Part shown: positions 1 through 7,473 of the stretch, piece by piece | Position numbering within the stretch: the first letter of the stretch is position 1 | Layout: every line of letters starts with the position of its first letter | NCBI GenBank assembly: GCA_038257035.1 | Contig: JBBSJT010000067.1 | Coordinates: 1 to 13,063 of the forward strand | DNA length: 13,063 nt | DNA from: Chlamydiia bacterium | Lineage (GTDB): Bacteria > Chlamydiota > Chlamydiia > Chlamydiales > Parachlamydiaceae | Direction: 5' to 3' | Translations under genes and position numbers: made by a program | Notes under the pieces: model-generated | The model's database searches: none | Seen by the model: the letters and a program-made list of their open reading frames with translations, nothing else | Told to the model about the DNA's origin: nothing

Positions 1-162
1 AACATTCCATCTTTTACTGACCCTAATCGAGGAATTAAAATTATTAACACTCAAAAAAATAATTTGAATCAATTCCGCAGGAACAGAATCAATCGATATT
101 TCTACTTTACTGTTATGAACTATTTGAAGATTATTTTGTATTACTTGTCTTAATGGTTCCAT
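1..162 (-). CDS. 5' part of a putative F-box-domain protein (candidate host-targeted effector); continues off the left edge
   Basis: Manual translation from ATG at 162, with a GAGG Shine-Dalgarno at 167-170: MEPLRQVIQNNLQIVHNSKVEISIDSVPAELIQIIFLSVNNFNSSIRVSKRWNV, open to the edge. IDSVPAELIQIIF...RVSKRWN fits the F-box pattern (L/I)xx(L/V)PxE(L/I)xxxIF...V(S/C)KxW. Confidence 0.75.
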   Translation of the reverse strand, partial: MEPLRQVIQNNLQIVHNSKVEISIDSVPAELIQIIFLSVNNFNSSIRVSKRWNV

Positions 163-326
163 ATTACCTCTTGCAATAGTGTTAAAAATTGTCTATTGAT
201 AAAGGTTTGAAACTATAATTGTCAAATGATAAAAATTGGATAAAGCAAAGGGCGAATACAACAAGTAATCCCGTAGCCAGGAATGTAAATCCATACGCAT
301 TAAGCTACGCCCTCCTAAAGTAATGT

Positions 327-559
327 TAAAGTAAAATTTGGAGTGCTGTAACTCTGTTACAGCTTTGTCGCCCAGCCCGACTCTGGCGGGCTGTCAAATC
401 GCTTAGCGATTTGCTTGCTTGTGGGTTAAAATCTGCAAAAACATTCTTAGTTAAAACCTACGCTATAGACTAAATCGCTTTTGGCGATTTAGCAGCCTGC
501 CAGAGTCAGGCTGAACAACAAAGCTGTAACAGAGTTACAGCACTCCAAATTTTACTTTA
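327..559. repeat. REPIN/MITE-like long palindromic element, each arm built of three mini-hairpins
   Basis: Perfect 42-bp inverted repeat 327-368 / 518-559 (TAAAGTAAAATTTGGAGTGCTGTAACTCTGTTACAGCTTTGT). Pairing continues to about 402/484 with only transition mismatches and extends loosely outward to about 314/572. Confidence 0.9.
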
Positions 560-605
560 CATTCATTTTAAGAAAAATAACGTTGAATAAGCAGCGTGAC
601 ATGTA

Positions 606-1718
606 TCAAATGATAACAGGATCGGTTTTGCGATTTGTTAGGTTTTCATGGCCATTTGCAGTGATGACAATAGTGTCTTCAATGCGTACACCGCCAATTT
701 TAGGCAAATAAATTCCGGGCTCTACTGTGATCACCATCCCTTCCTGCAGTTCAAGATTGGCATTTAATGCTGTTTGGTAACGCATTGTGGGAAGTTCATG
801 AATTTCTAAACCTACTCCATGACCTATTCCATGGGTGAAATATTCGCCATAGCCTTGATCTGAAATAAATTCACGGGCGGTGGCATCAATATCTTTAATC
901 AAGGTTCCCGGTTTACAAATTTCTAAGGCAAGCTTTTGAGCGCGCTCAACAATCGGGTAGATCACACTGATTTGTTCAGGAGGTGTTCCAAAAAATGCCA
1001 TTCTAGTCATATCTGAATGGTAGTGACCAATATTGACACCAATGTCCATCAGGATGATGTCTCCGTGCTTTAAAGCGCAATTTGAGCTTCTGTAATGTGG
1101 CATGGAACTATTTGCACCAAAAGCAATGATCGGATCAAACGCGATTGTTTTAGCACCCTCTCTTTTCCAAAAGATTTCTAACTCTTGAGCAATTTCAATT
1201 TCTGTAACCCCAACTTTTAATAAACTACAAATTTTGTCAAACCCTTTTGAGCCAAGTTCTGCAGCTTGTTTTAAAATTTCAAGTTCGGAGGGTTCCTTGA
1301 TCATGCGAATCCATTTGACAGGGTTGTCTAGTGGCACAAGTTTAATGTTGCATCTACCGCTTGTTTGATCTTTTAACTGATGGGTTAAAGTTTCTAACTC
1401 AATAAAGTGCTTGTAAGGTGTGTTTTCGCTGTCAAATGCCATTGTTTTAAGATAATTAAAATCAGGATTGGTGAGGGTTTCGCTAAATGCGTTTTTGTCC
1501 GATAAAACCACTTTGCATGAAGATTGCTTTTGGCAAGATTCAAAATAGCGGTTGTCCACAAAGAGCAAACTGATTTTTGATGTGATAAGTAACCTACCCA
1601 TCGAAATTTCAAGACCTGTCAAATAAAAGAGATTGATTGGATCATCCACAATAAGCGCATCGATCGATTTTTCTTTTAAAAGTTTTCTTACATTGTCTTG
1701 TCTATTTGTGTATGGCAT
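606..1718 (-). CDS. pepP: Xaa-Pro aminopeptidase/dipeptidase (M24B family, PepP/PepQ)
   Basis: Creatinase-N-like N-terminus plus M24 motifs: MDIG, YHSDMTR, HGIGHGVGLEIHE, TVEPGIY, GVRIED. Likely start is ATG at 1718 (MPYTNR), 13 nt after the mutL stop, rather than 1754. Confidence 0.93.
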   Translation of the reverse strand: MPYTNRQDNVRKLLKEKSIDALIVDDPINLFYLTGLEISMGRLLITSKISLLFVDNRYFESCQKQSSCKVVLSDKNAFSETLTNPDFNYLKTMAFDSENTPYKHFIELETLTHQLKDQTSGRCNIKLVPLDNPVKWIRMIKEPSELEILKQAAELGSKGFDKICSLLKVGVTEIEIAQELEIFWKREGAKTIAFDPIIAFGANSSMPHYRSSNCALKHGDIILMDIGVNIGHYHSDMTRMAFFGTPPEQISVIYPIVERAQKLALEICKPGTLIKDIDATAREFISDQGYGEYFTHGIGHGVGLEIHELPTMRYQTALNANLELQEGMVITVEPGIYLPKIGGVRIEDTIVITANGHENLTNRKTDPVII

Positions 1719-1731
1719 AAAAAGCTCTTTT

Positions 1732-3600
1732 TTAAAAAAAATTTTGCAAATCATTTTTTGTTAAGGAAGCAAAGATTGGTTTTCCCCGTGGGCATTGGAA
1801 GGGACTTTTACATTTCATCAATTGATTGACTAAATTTTTAGCCTCATCAAAGCTCAATCTTTTATTATCTGATATTGAAGCACGAGCGGCACTAATTGCA
1901 AGACGTTTTTCTTTTTCTTTTTCAACCAGATCACTGTTTTGAAATTCACTCAATTGGTTAATAAGATCTTCTAAAAATGTTTGAACATCGCTATTTCCAA
2001 AAAAATCAGGGATGGAATCGACCGTAAAGGTATTAGGTCCACTCTGATAAATCTGAATGCCCATTTTACATAAAAAATCGATCTGATCAAGAATTTGAAA
2101 ACCTGTCGTTACTGTTGTTTCAAAAACATAAGGGATGAGTAAGGTTTGGATGGAAATGTTTTTATTTTCCAATAATTTTTCAAAGATGATACGTGTATGA
2201 GCAGCTTTTTGATCGACCAAACAAAAAATAGCAGCCTCTGTTGCAGAAAAACCGCCTGTAGATTTTAAAGGTGTCGGATCGACCAAAATAAAATGCGGAA
2301 TCGTGGCTATTACATTGACCGTCAAAAGGCTTGTTTCATTTGAAAAAAGGTGGGGCTGAACTTCAAGACTATTTTGAATTGGACTATTTGTTTGAGGCTC
2401 TAGTGTCAATTTTTCTGGCCATTCGTTTTTCGCTTGGTAAGTGTAGCAATAGTTGTTTTCATCTTTTGCTTCCTGAATCAGGTTTTGGTACTGACTCATC
2501 TGATATTTTTCATTTACCGAAAATTGAGGAGTGACTGCTTGGTATTGTGGGTAGGGGTAGGCATTTACAGTATCTTGTTCAAATGAAAAGCTAGATTTTT
2601 GTAAGGCTTGTTCTACCGATTTGATAATTAAATCTTTTAACGCTTGCTCTTGTCTTAAGCGAACTTCCTTTTTTTGAGGATGCACGTTAACATCGACAAG
2701 ATCACCGGGGATTGTTAAGTGAAGCACATAGATCGGGTGTCTGTTGGAAGAAAGAGCAGTTCCGTAGGCATCCCTTACCGCATAAGAAATATAAGGGTTT
2801 TGTACTGCCCTTTGGTTGATAAAAAGATATTGCCCTGTGCGATTTTGACGAGTCATTGAAGTGCAACCAATAAAGCCTTCCACTTGGATGCCATCTAAAG
2901 TTCCTGAAACCGGAAATGAGGATTCTATAAAATCGCTCCCAAGAATTGATTTGATCCGGTTTTTTAAATTTTCAAGTGTTGTTCCATTTAGCGTTTTTGG
3001 TGTAACAAGTGTAGTTTTTTCATTGCTGATGAGTTCAAATTTGATGTTAGGATTCCCTAAGGATATCATACTTAGCATTTTAAGTATTTCATTTGCGTCA
3101 ATATTCGGCGATTTTTGAAATTTTCTTCTAACAGGAACATTATAAAATAAAGATTTTACTTCCATTGTAGTACCGTGAGATCTTGGGGCTTTTTCGCATT
3201 TTAAAATGCGACCCCCATCCACGATAACAAGTGTCCCTATTTCTTGATCTTTTGGGCAAGTGAGAATGGAGAATTTCGAAATGGAGGCAATGGAGGGAAT
3301 AGCTTCTCCGCGAAAGCCCATTGTCAAAATTTTTTGGATATCGTCAACATTTTTAATCTTGGAGGTAGCGTGTCTTTCTAGACATAAAACGGCATCATCT
3401 GCGCTCATTCCAAAGCCATTATCTGAAATGCGGATTAAATTTCTGCCACCGCCAACGATCTCAACGCTGATTTCGCTGGCCTCTGCATCGATTGCATTTT
3501 CAACAAGTTCTTTGACAACAGATGCCGGATTTTCGATGACTTCGCCGGCAGCTATTTGATTTATTGTGTGTTCGCTAAGAACTCTGATCTTTGATTCCAT
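1732..3600 (-). CDS. mutL: DNA mismatch repair protein MutL (622 aa)
   Basis: NQIAAGEVIENPASVVKELVENAIDA, DNGFGM, RHATSKI, GFRGEAIPSI, DVNVHPQKKEV; the C-terminal domain has a QTLLIP clamp-binding-like motif. Confidence 0.97.
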   Translation of the reverse strand: MESKIRVLSEHTINQIAAGEVIENPASVVKELVENAIDAEASEISVEIVGGGRNLIRISDNGFGMSADDAVLCLERHATSKIKNVDDIQKILTMGFRGEAIPSIASISKFSILTCPKDQEIGTLVIVDGGRILKCEKAPRSHGTTMEVKSLFYNVPVRRKFQKSPNIDANEILKMLSMISLGNPNIKFELISNEKTTLVTPKTLNGTTLENLKNRIKSILGSDFIESSFPVSGTLDGIQVEGFIGCTSMTRQNRTGQYLFINQRAVQNPYISYAVRDAYGTALSSNRHPIYVLHLTIPGDLVDVNVHPQKKEVRLRQEQALKDLIIKSVEQALQKSSFSFEQDTVNAYPYPQYQAVTPQFSVNEKYQMSQYQNLIQEAKDENNYCYTYQAKNEWPEKLTLEPQTNSPIQNSLEVQPHLFSNETSLLTVNVIATIPHFILVDPTPLKSTGGFSATEAAIFCLVDQKAAHTRIIFEKLLENKNISIQTLLIPYVFETTVTTGFQILDQIDFLCKMGIQIYQSGPNTFTVDSIPDFFGNSDVQTFLEDLINQLSEFQNSDLVEKEKEKRLAISAARASISDNKRLSFDEAKNLVNQLMKCKSPFQCPRGKPIFASLTKNDLQNFF

Positions 3601-3671
3601 ATTAGCATTTTACTCCATTTCCCCATTTTTTACCACGAAGAACCCTTCGGAATATTCCATTGATACAATTT

Positions 3672-3855
3672 TTTTTACCGCGAAGACCGCGAAGAAAGAC
3701 GCGAAGAAACGCGAAGAAGCGCGCTTAAAAGCGCGAAAAAGGGAAAGTTATTTCTATAATGTTATAACAAATGCCACTTCCTTATCTTTTCGCGCTTTGA
3801 AGCGCGCTTTCTTCGCGTGCCTTCGCGTCCTTCTTCGCGCTCTTCGCGGTAAAAA
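3672..3855. repeat. GC-rich palindromic MITE-like element with tandem CGCGAAG units
   Basis: Arms of about 68 bp, 3672-3739 / 3787-3855 (5 mismatches, 1 indel), around an AT-rich loop. CGCGAAG occurs at 3679, 3688, 3700 and 3710 and is mirrored as CTTCGCG on the right. Each arm has a CGCGCTT-NN-AAGCGCG mini-hairpin. Confidence 0.9.
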
Positions 3856-3933
3856 GGGCTACAAATACGTTATAAAAAAAAGTGCTGGTGATGGAAAGGG
3901 GATTGTTTTATTATGGTCTTTTTTTTGGGTATT

Positions 3934-5163
3934 ATGGACGATGTAAAAGAAAACGCGATTTTGATCGTAAAAAAACTAGTTAGGGAAGGCTTTACAGCCT
4001 ATTTTGCCGGCGGATGCGTAAGGGATGATCTGATGGGACACCCATCCTCTGATATTGACATTGCAACCAATGCGCCACCTCAAAAAATTTTGGATATTTT
4101 TCCTCATACAATACCTGTTGGCATAGCTTTTGGTGTGGTTATTGTCGTCATGGGAGGTCATGCTTTTGAGGTTTCTACGTTTCGTCGAGATGTTTTATAT
4201 ATCAATGGAAGAAGCCCTGAATCAATCGAGCTTTCAACACCGGAAGAAGATGCCATCCGTCGTGATTTTACGATTAATGGACTTTTTTTTGATCCGATTG
4301 AAAATTGTATTTATGACTATGTAGGCGGAAGGGAAGACATCCTTAAAGGAGTTATTCGCGCAATTGGCAAACCATCGGAGCGCTTTTTTGAAGATCGCTT
4401 GCGCATGATTCGAGCGATCCGCTTTTCTGCCCGCTTTGGGTTTCATATTGATCAGGAAACCGAAGATGGAATTTTTGAAAATGCGATGACACTTATTCCT
4501 GCTGTTGCCATGGAGCGCATTTGGCAAGAATTTACTAAAATGAGCAAGCAAACCCATTTTATTCAAGCAATTATTGATTTGCATCGATTGGAGCTTTTAC
4601 CGACTATTTTTCCTGATTTAAAAGATGTGCATTTAAACACAATTAAAATTCAAATCGATTGCTTTAAAAAATTCCCCGAAAATGCATCCACCATACTTTA
4701 TTTATTGCAACTTTTTCCAAATTATAATGAAGAAGATGTTTTAAATTTATGTTCTTACTTAAAAATTAGCACGCATGAAACAAAACTTGGCGTTTTTTAC
4801 TGTCGTTATAAAGATTTGATAATGGATGTAGAAAAAATGGACAAGAAGGATTTGGTCTATTTTTATGCCAATCCTTTTAGCAAGGTGGTAATAGATGTGC
4901 AAGCAGCAAAATTAAATGATGATTTGCAGAAGATTTTTTTGGAAGAACATAAAAAAAGAAAGTTTTTTTTAATAGATCACATTGAAAGGGTCCAACAAAA
5001 AAAGCCTCTTATTAACGGAGCGCTACTGGCAGAACATGGAATTTTAAGCGGAAAGAAAATGGGTGCTTTATTAAAAGAGGCAGAAATGTTAAGTATTACA
5101 TATAATTTAACAGATAAAAATGCTATTATAGAACTTTTAAAACAGTCAACTCATTGGAAATAA
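3934..5163 (+). CDS. cca: Class II CCA tRNA nucleotidyltransferase (CCA/PcnB family)
   Basis: GGCVRD, DIDIAT, EVSTFR, RRDFTINGL and EDRLRMIRAIRF motifs. The flexible loop before RRDFT is present. I see no HD domain and no poly(A) polymerase VGRRF signature. The start could be 3913 or 3934. Confidence 0.88.
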   Translation: MDDVKENAILIVKKLVREGFTAYFAGGCVRDDLMGHPSSDIDIATNAPPQKILDIFPHTIPVGIAFGVVIVVMGGHAFEVSTFRRDVLYINGRSPESIELSTPEEDAIRRDFTINGLFFDPIENCIYDYVGGREDILKGVIRAIGKPSERFFEDRLRMIRAIRFSARFGFHIDQETEDGIFENAMTLIPAVAMERIWQEFTKMSKQTHFIQAIIDLHRLELLPTIFPDLKDVHLNTIKIQIDCFKKFPENASTILYLLQLFPNYNEEDVLNLCSYLKISTHETKLGVFYCRYKDLIMDVEKMDKKDLVYFYANPFSKVVIDVQAAKLNDDLQKIFLEEHKKRKFFLIDHIERVQQKKPLINGALLAEHGILSGKKMGALLKEAEMLSITYNLTDKNAIIELLKQSTHWK

Positions 5164-5167
5164 AAGC

Positions 5168-5911
5168 ATGTCATTTCGACAGTTAACAAGTCTGCAAAAT
5201 CCCCTCATAAAACATATTGTTAAATTAAGACAAAATCGTGATTACCGATTGGAGTATCAATCCATTGTAATTTCCGGAAAAAAGCTTGTTAAGGAAATTT
5301 CTTTAGAAGTACCCATCAAGACCCTTTTTGTTTGCAATGAAACTTTGATTCCCCCCGGTTTAAAAGCAGAGTCGATATTCATTGTTACAGAAGAGATTAT
5401 GCAAAAAGCCTCAGGTCTTCAATATCCGGAAGGGATTCTTGCAGAGGTCGAGATGCCAAAAATTTCTACACTAACCGGTTTAAAAAAAATCATTGTACTT
5501 GATAAGGTATCAGACCCCGGTAATTTTGGAACTATTTTGCGAACTGCATTAGCATTAGGATGGGATGGAGCTTTTATTTTAGAAGGTTCTTGTGATCCAT
5601 TTAATGATAAAGCCTTAAGTGCGGCACGTGGAGCTACTTTTCGCTTGGCCTTGGGTTTTGGGAATTGGAAAGATCTCGAAGTTTTGATTGATCAAAATGG
5701 GCTTATGGCATTGGTTGCAGATCTTGAAGGAACACCTGTTAGAACTTTTGAAAAACAAGAAAAACTTTTACTTGTTTTGAGTCATGAAGCCCATGGAGCA
5801 TCTGTTGAGGCAATAAAGCGTTGCCAAAAAGTGACAATTCCGATTTCATCCCAAATGGAATCTCTTAACGTCAGTGTCGCTGCAGGAATTTTAATGTATG
5901 AACTTCTTTAA
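5168..5911 (+). CDS. TrmH/SpoU-family (SPOUT) RNA methyltransferase
   Basis: TSLQNPLIK N-terminus, LDKVSDPGNFGTILRTA, SHEAHG and ESLNVSVAAGILMYE SPOUT motifs. Confidence 0.92.
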   Translation: MSFRQLTSLQNPLIKHIVKLRQNRDYRLEYQSIVISGKKLVKEISLEVPIKTLFVCNETLIPPGLKAESIFIVTEEIMQKASGLQYPEGILAEVEMPKISTLTGLKKIIVLDKVSDPGNFGTILRTALALGWDGAFILEGSCDPFNDKALSAARGATFRLALGFGNWKDLEVLIDQNGLMALVADLEGTPVRTFEKQEKLLLVLSHEAHGASVEAIKRCQKVTIPISSQMESLNVSVAAGILMYELL

Positions 5912-5920
5912 GGAATAAAT

Positions 5921-7039
5921 ATGGCGGACAATCAAGAAGATCACTCTTATGAAAATCATTTTGCTTATGAAGAAAAAAAATCGATAAAGCAATCAAGAAA
6001 ACAAGCAATCGCAAATGATCGGTCGAAGTTTAAAAAAACTGATCAAAAAATGTTAAAGAAACAGGTGGCCCCTGATTTAACCGATGGATTATTGAGAGGT
6101 CGTGTTTTATCTATTATGTCTGCGGGAATGATTGTTCAGGAAGAATCAAGACTCTTTACCTGCACATTAAAAGGCGTTCTTAAAAAAGTTCGAGGAGCCG
6201 AAAAGAATTTGGTTGCCGTTGGGGATTTTGTTATTTTTGAAAAAATGAACGAGACTGAGGGCATCATTGTTTTTGTTGAAGAAAGACGGTCAGTACTTTC
6301 AAGGGCAGATAATTTGCTTCGTCGAAAAGAGCAGTTGATTGCAGCAAATATTGATCAGGTATTAGTGACTGTTTCTGTTATCCACCCTCCTCTTAAAACA
6401 TTTATTGTAGACCGTTACATCATTGCCACTGAAAAGGGCGGGATGGAGCCAATCATTGTTGTGAATAAAGTGGATCTTTTGGATGATGAATCTATACCTG
6501 AAGAAGTTAGAAGCGTTGAAAGAGAGCTTTATGAAGAATTTGTCGAAGCTTATAAAAAAGCCAACATTAGGGTGATTTCCGTCAGTGCTGAAACAGGACT
6601 TGGACTTGAAGAGCTAAAACAGGCCATGAAAGACCGCTCATCAGTCTTTTCAGGCCAATCAGGGGTTGGTAAGTCCTCTTTAATCAATGCAATGATTGGC
6701 TCAAACTTAAAAATTGGTGAAATTGTTGAGAAAACTAAAAAAGGCTCACATACTACTACTACAGCAATTTTATTACCTTTGGAATTTGGCGGTTTTTGTA
6801 TCGATACACCTGGAATAAAAAGTTTTGGACTTTGGAATTTGGAAAGGGATGAAGTTGAAGCCTATTTTCCTGAAATTCACGACATTGGCCAAGGGTGCAA
6901 ATTTCCTGACTGCTCTCATACACATGAAAAAAATTGTGCAGTCAACGAGGCTGTTGAAGCCGGGACTATTTCGCCGCTGCGCTTTTCATCCTACCTTTAT
7001 TTACTTGAATCTTTAGGGCAGGTGCATAGGCCACGCTAA
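5921..7039 (+). CDS. rsgA: Ribosome small subunit-dependent GTPase RsgA
   Basis: Circularly permuted GTPase order NKVD ... GQSGVGKS ... HTTT ... DTPG; zinc finger CKFPDCSHTHEKNC; AAGGA Shine-Dalgarno upstream. Confidence 0.96.
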   Translation: MADNQEDHSYENHFAYEEKKSIKQSRKQAIANDRSKFKKTDQKMLKKQVAPDLTDGLLRGRVLSIMSAGMIVQEESRLFTCTLKGVLKKVRGAEKNLVAVGDFVIFEKMNETEGIIVFVEERRSVLSRADNLLRRKEQLIAANIDQVLVTVSVIHPPLKTFIVDRYIIATEKGGMEPIIVVNKVDLLDDESIPEEVRSVERELYEEFVEAYKKANIRVISVSAETGLGLEELKQAMKDRSSVFSGQSGVGKSSLINAMIGSNLKIGEIVEKTKKGSHTTTTAILLPLEFGGFCIDTPGIKSFGLWNLERDEVEAYFPEIHDIGQGCKFPDCSHTHEKNCAVNEAVEAGTISPLRFSSYLYLLESLGQVHRPR

Positions 7040-7047
7040 TACAAATG

Positions 7048-7470
7048 ACCGTTTTTTTAACACCGAGTACACTTAAGAAACTCAAGAAAGAAGCATAAGA
7101 GAGCAGAGAAGGAAAAAAATTATATACTGGTTCTACTTCAATCTGAAAATTTTTTAAGATTTCTACAATCTATTAAAATTTTTATGATTTTTTTTCAGGA
7201 TATTCAGGATCGCTCCGCTTCGCTTCGCGGCAGGATCAGGCAGGATAATTTCAACCTTAAGGATATACAAAGGATTGATATTATCCTGCCTGATCTTGGC
7301 CAACGAAGCGATCCTGCTATCCTGTAAAAAATATTATTGGTTTATTTAAGTGAGAACGGCATATTTTATTTAAGTAATTAGAAGATCTTCCGGTGCTAAT
7401 AACAAGTTTCATTTCTTTCTTATCTCTCTCTCTGTCTTTCTCGGTGTTCTCGGTGTTAAGAAAGAACGGT
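7048..7470. repeat. Decayed outer palindromic element (AACACCGAG-type ends)
   Basis: ACCGTT (7048-7053) pairs with AACGGT (7465-7470). TTAACACCGAGtACAC (7057-7072) pairs with GTGTtCTCGGTGTTAA (7444-7459). A purine-rich tract at about 7074-7120 faces a pyrimidine-rich tract at about 7407-7441. Confidence 0.65.
7187..7332. repeat. Inner palindromic element with tandem CAGGAT units, nested in the outer element
   Basis: CAGGAT at 7196, 7205, 7231 and 7241. CAGGATCAGGCAGGATAAT (7231-7249) pairs with ATTATCCTGCCTGATCTTG (7280-7298). The outer part 7187-7214 pairs with 7307-7332. Confidence 0.85.
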
Positions 7471-7473
7471 TGA

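Noticed and set aside
1719..1754. N-terminal extension of pepP given by the ORF track (MICKIFFKKELF)
   Set aside because: It overlaps the mutL end. ATG at 1718 gives a typical family length and operon spacing.
3679..3849. Repeated CGCGAAG units (and CAGGAT units at 7196-7246) as a CRISPR array
   Set aside because: The units are 6-7 bp, separated by a few bases and mirrored in inverted arms. There are no 23-47 bp repeats with unique spacers and no cas genes.
3566..3946. 126-aa plus-strand ORF (TAKTAKKDAKKREEARLKARK...)
   Set aside because: It is the read-through of the CGCGAAG palindrome, is low complexity, and overlaps the 5' end of mutL and the cca start region.
1394..4584. Short shadow ORFs 1394-1612, 2331-2534, 2861-3118, 3260-3559, 3976-4161, 4130-4324, 4234-4584
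   Set aside because: All lie within well-supported genes, in antisense or alternate frames, with no recognisable motifs.
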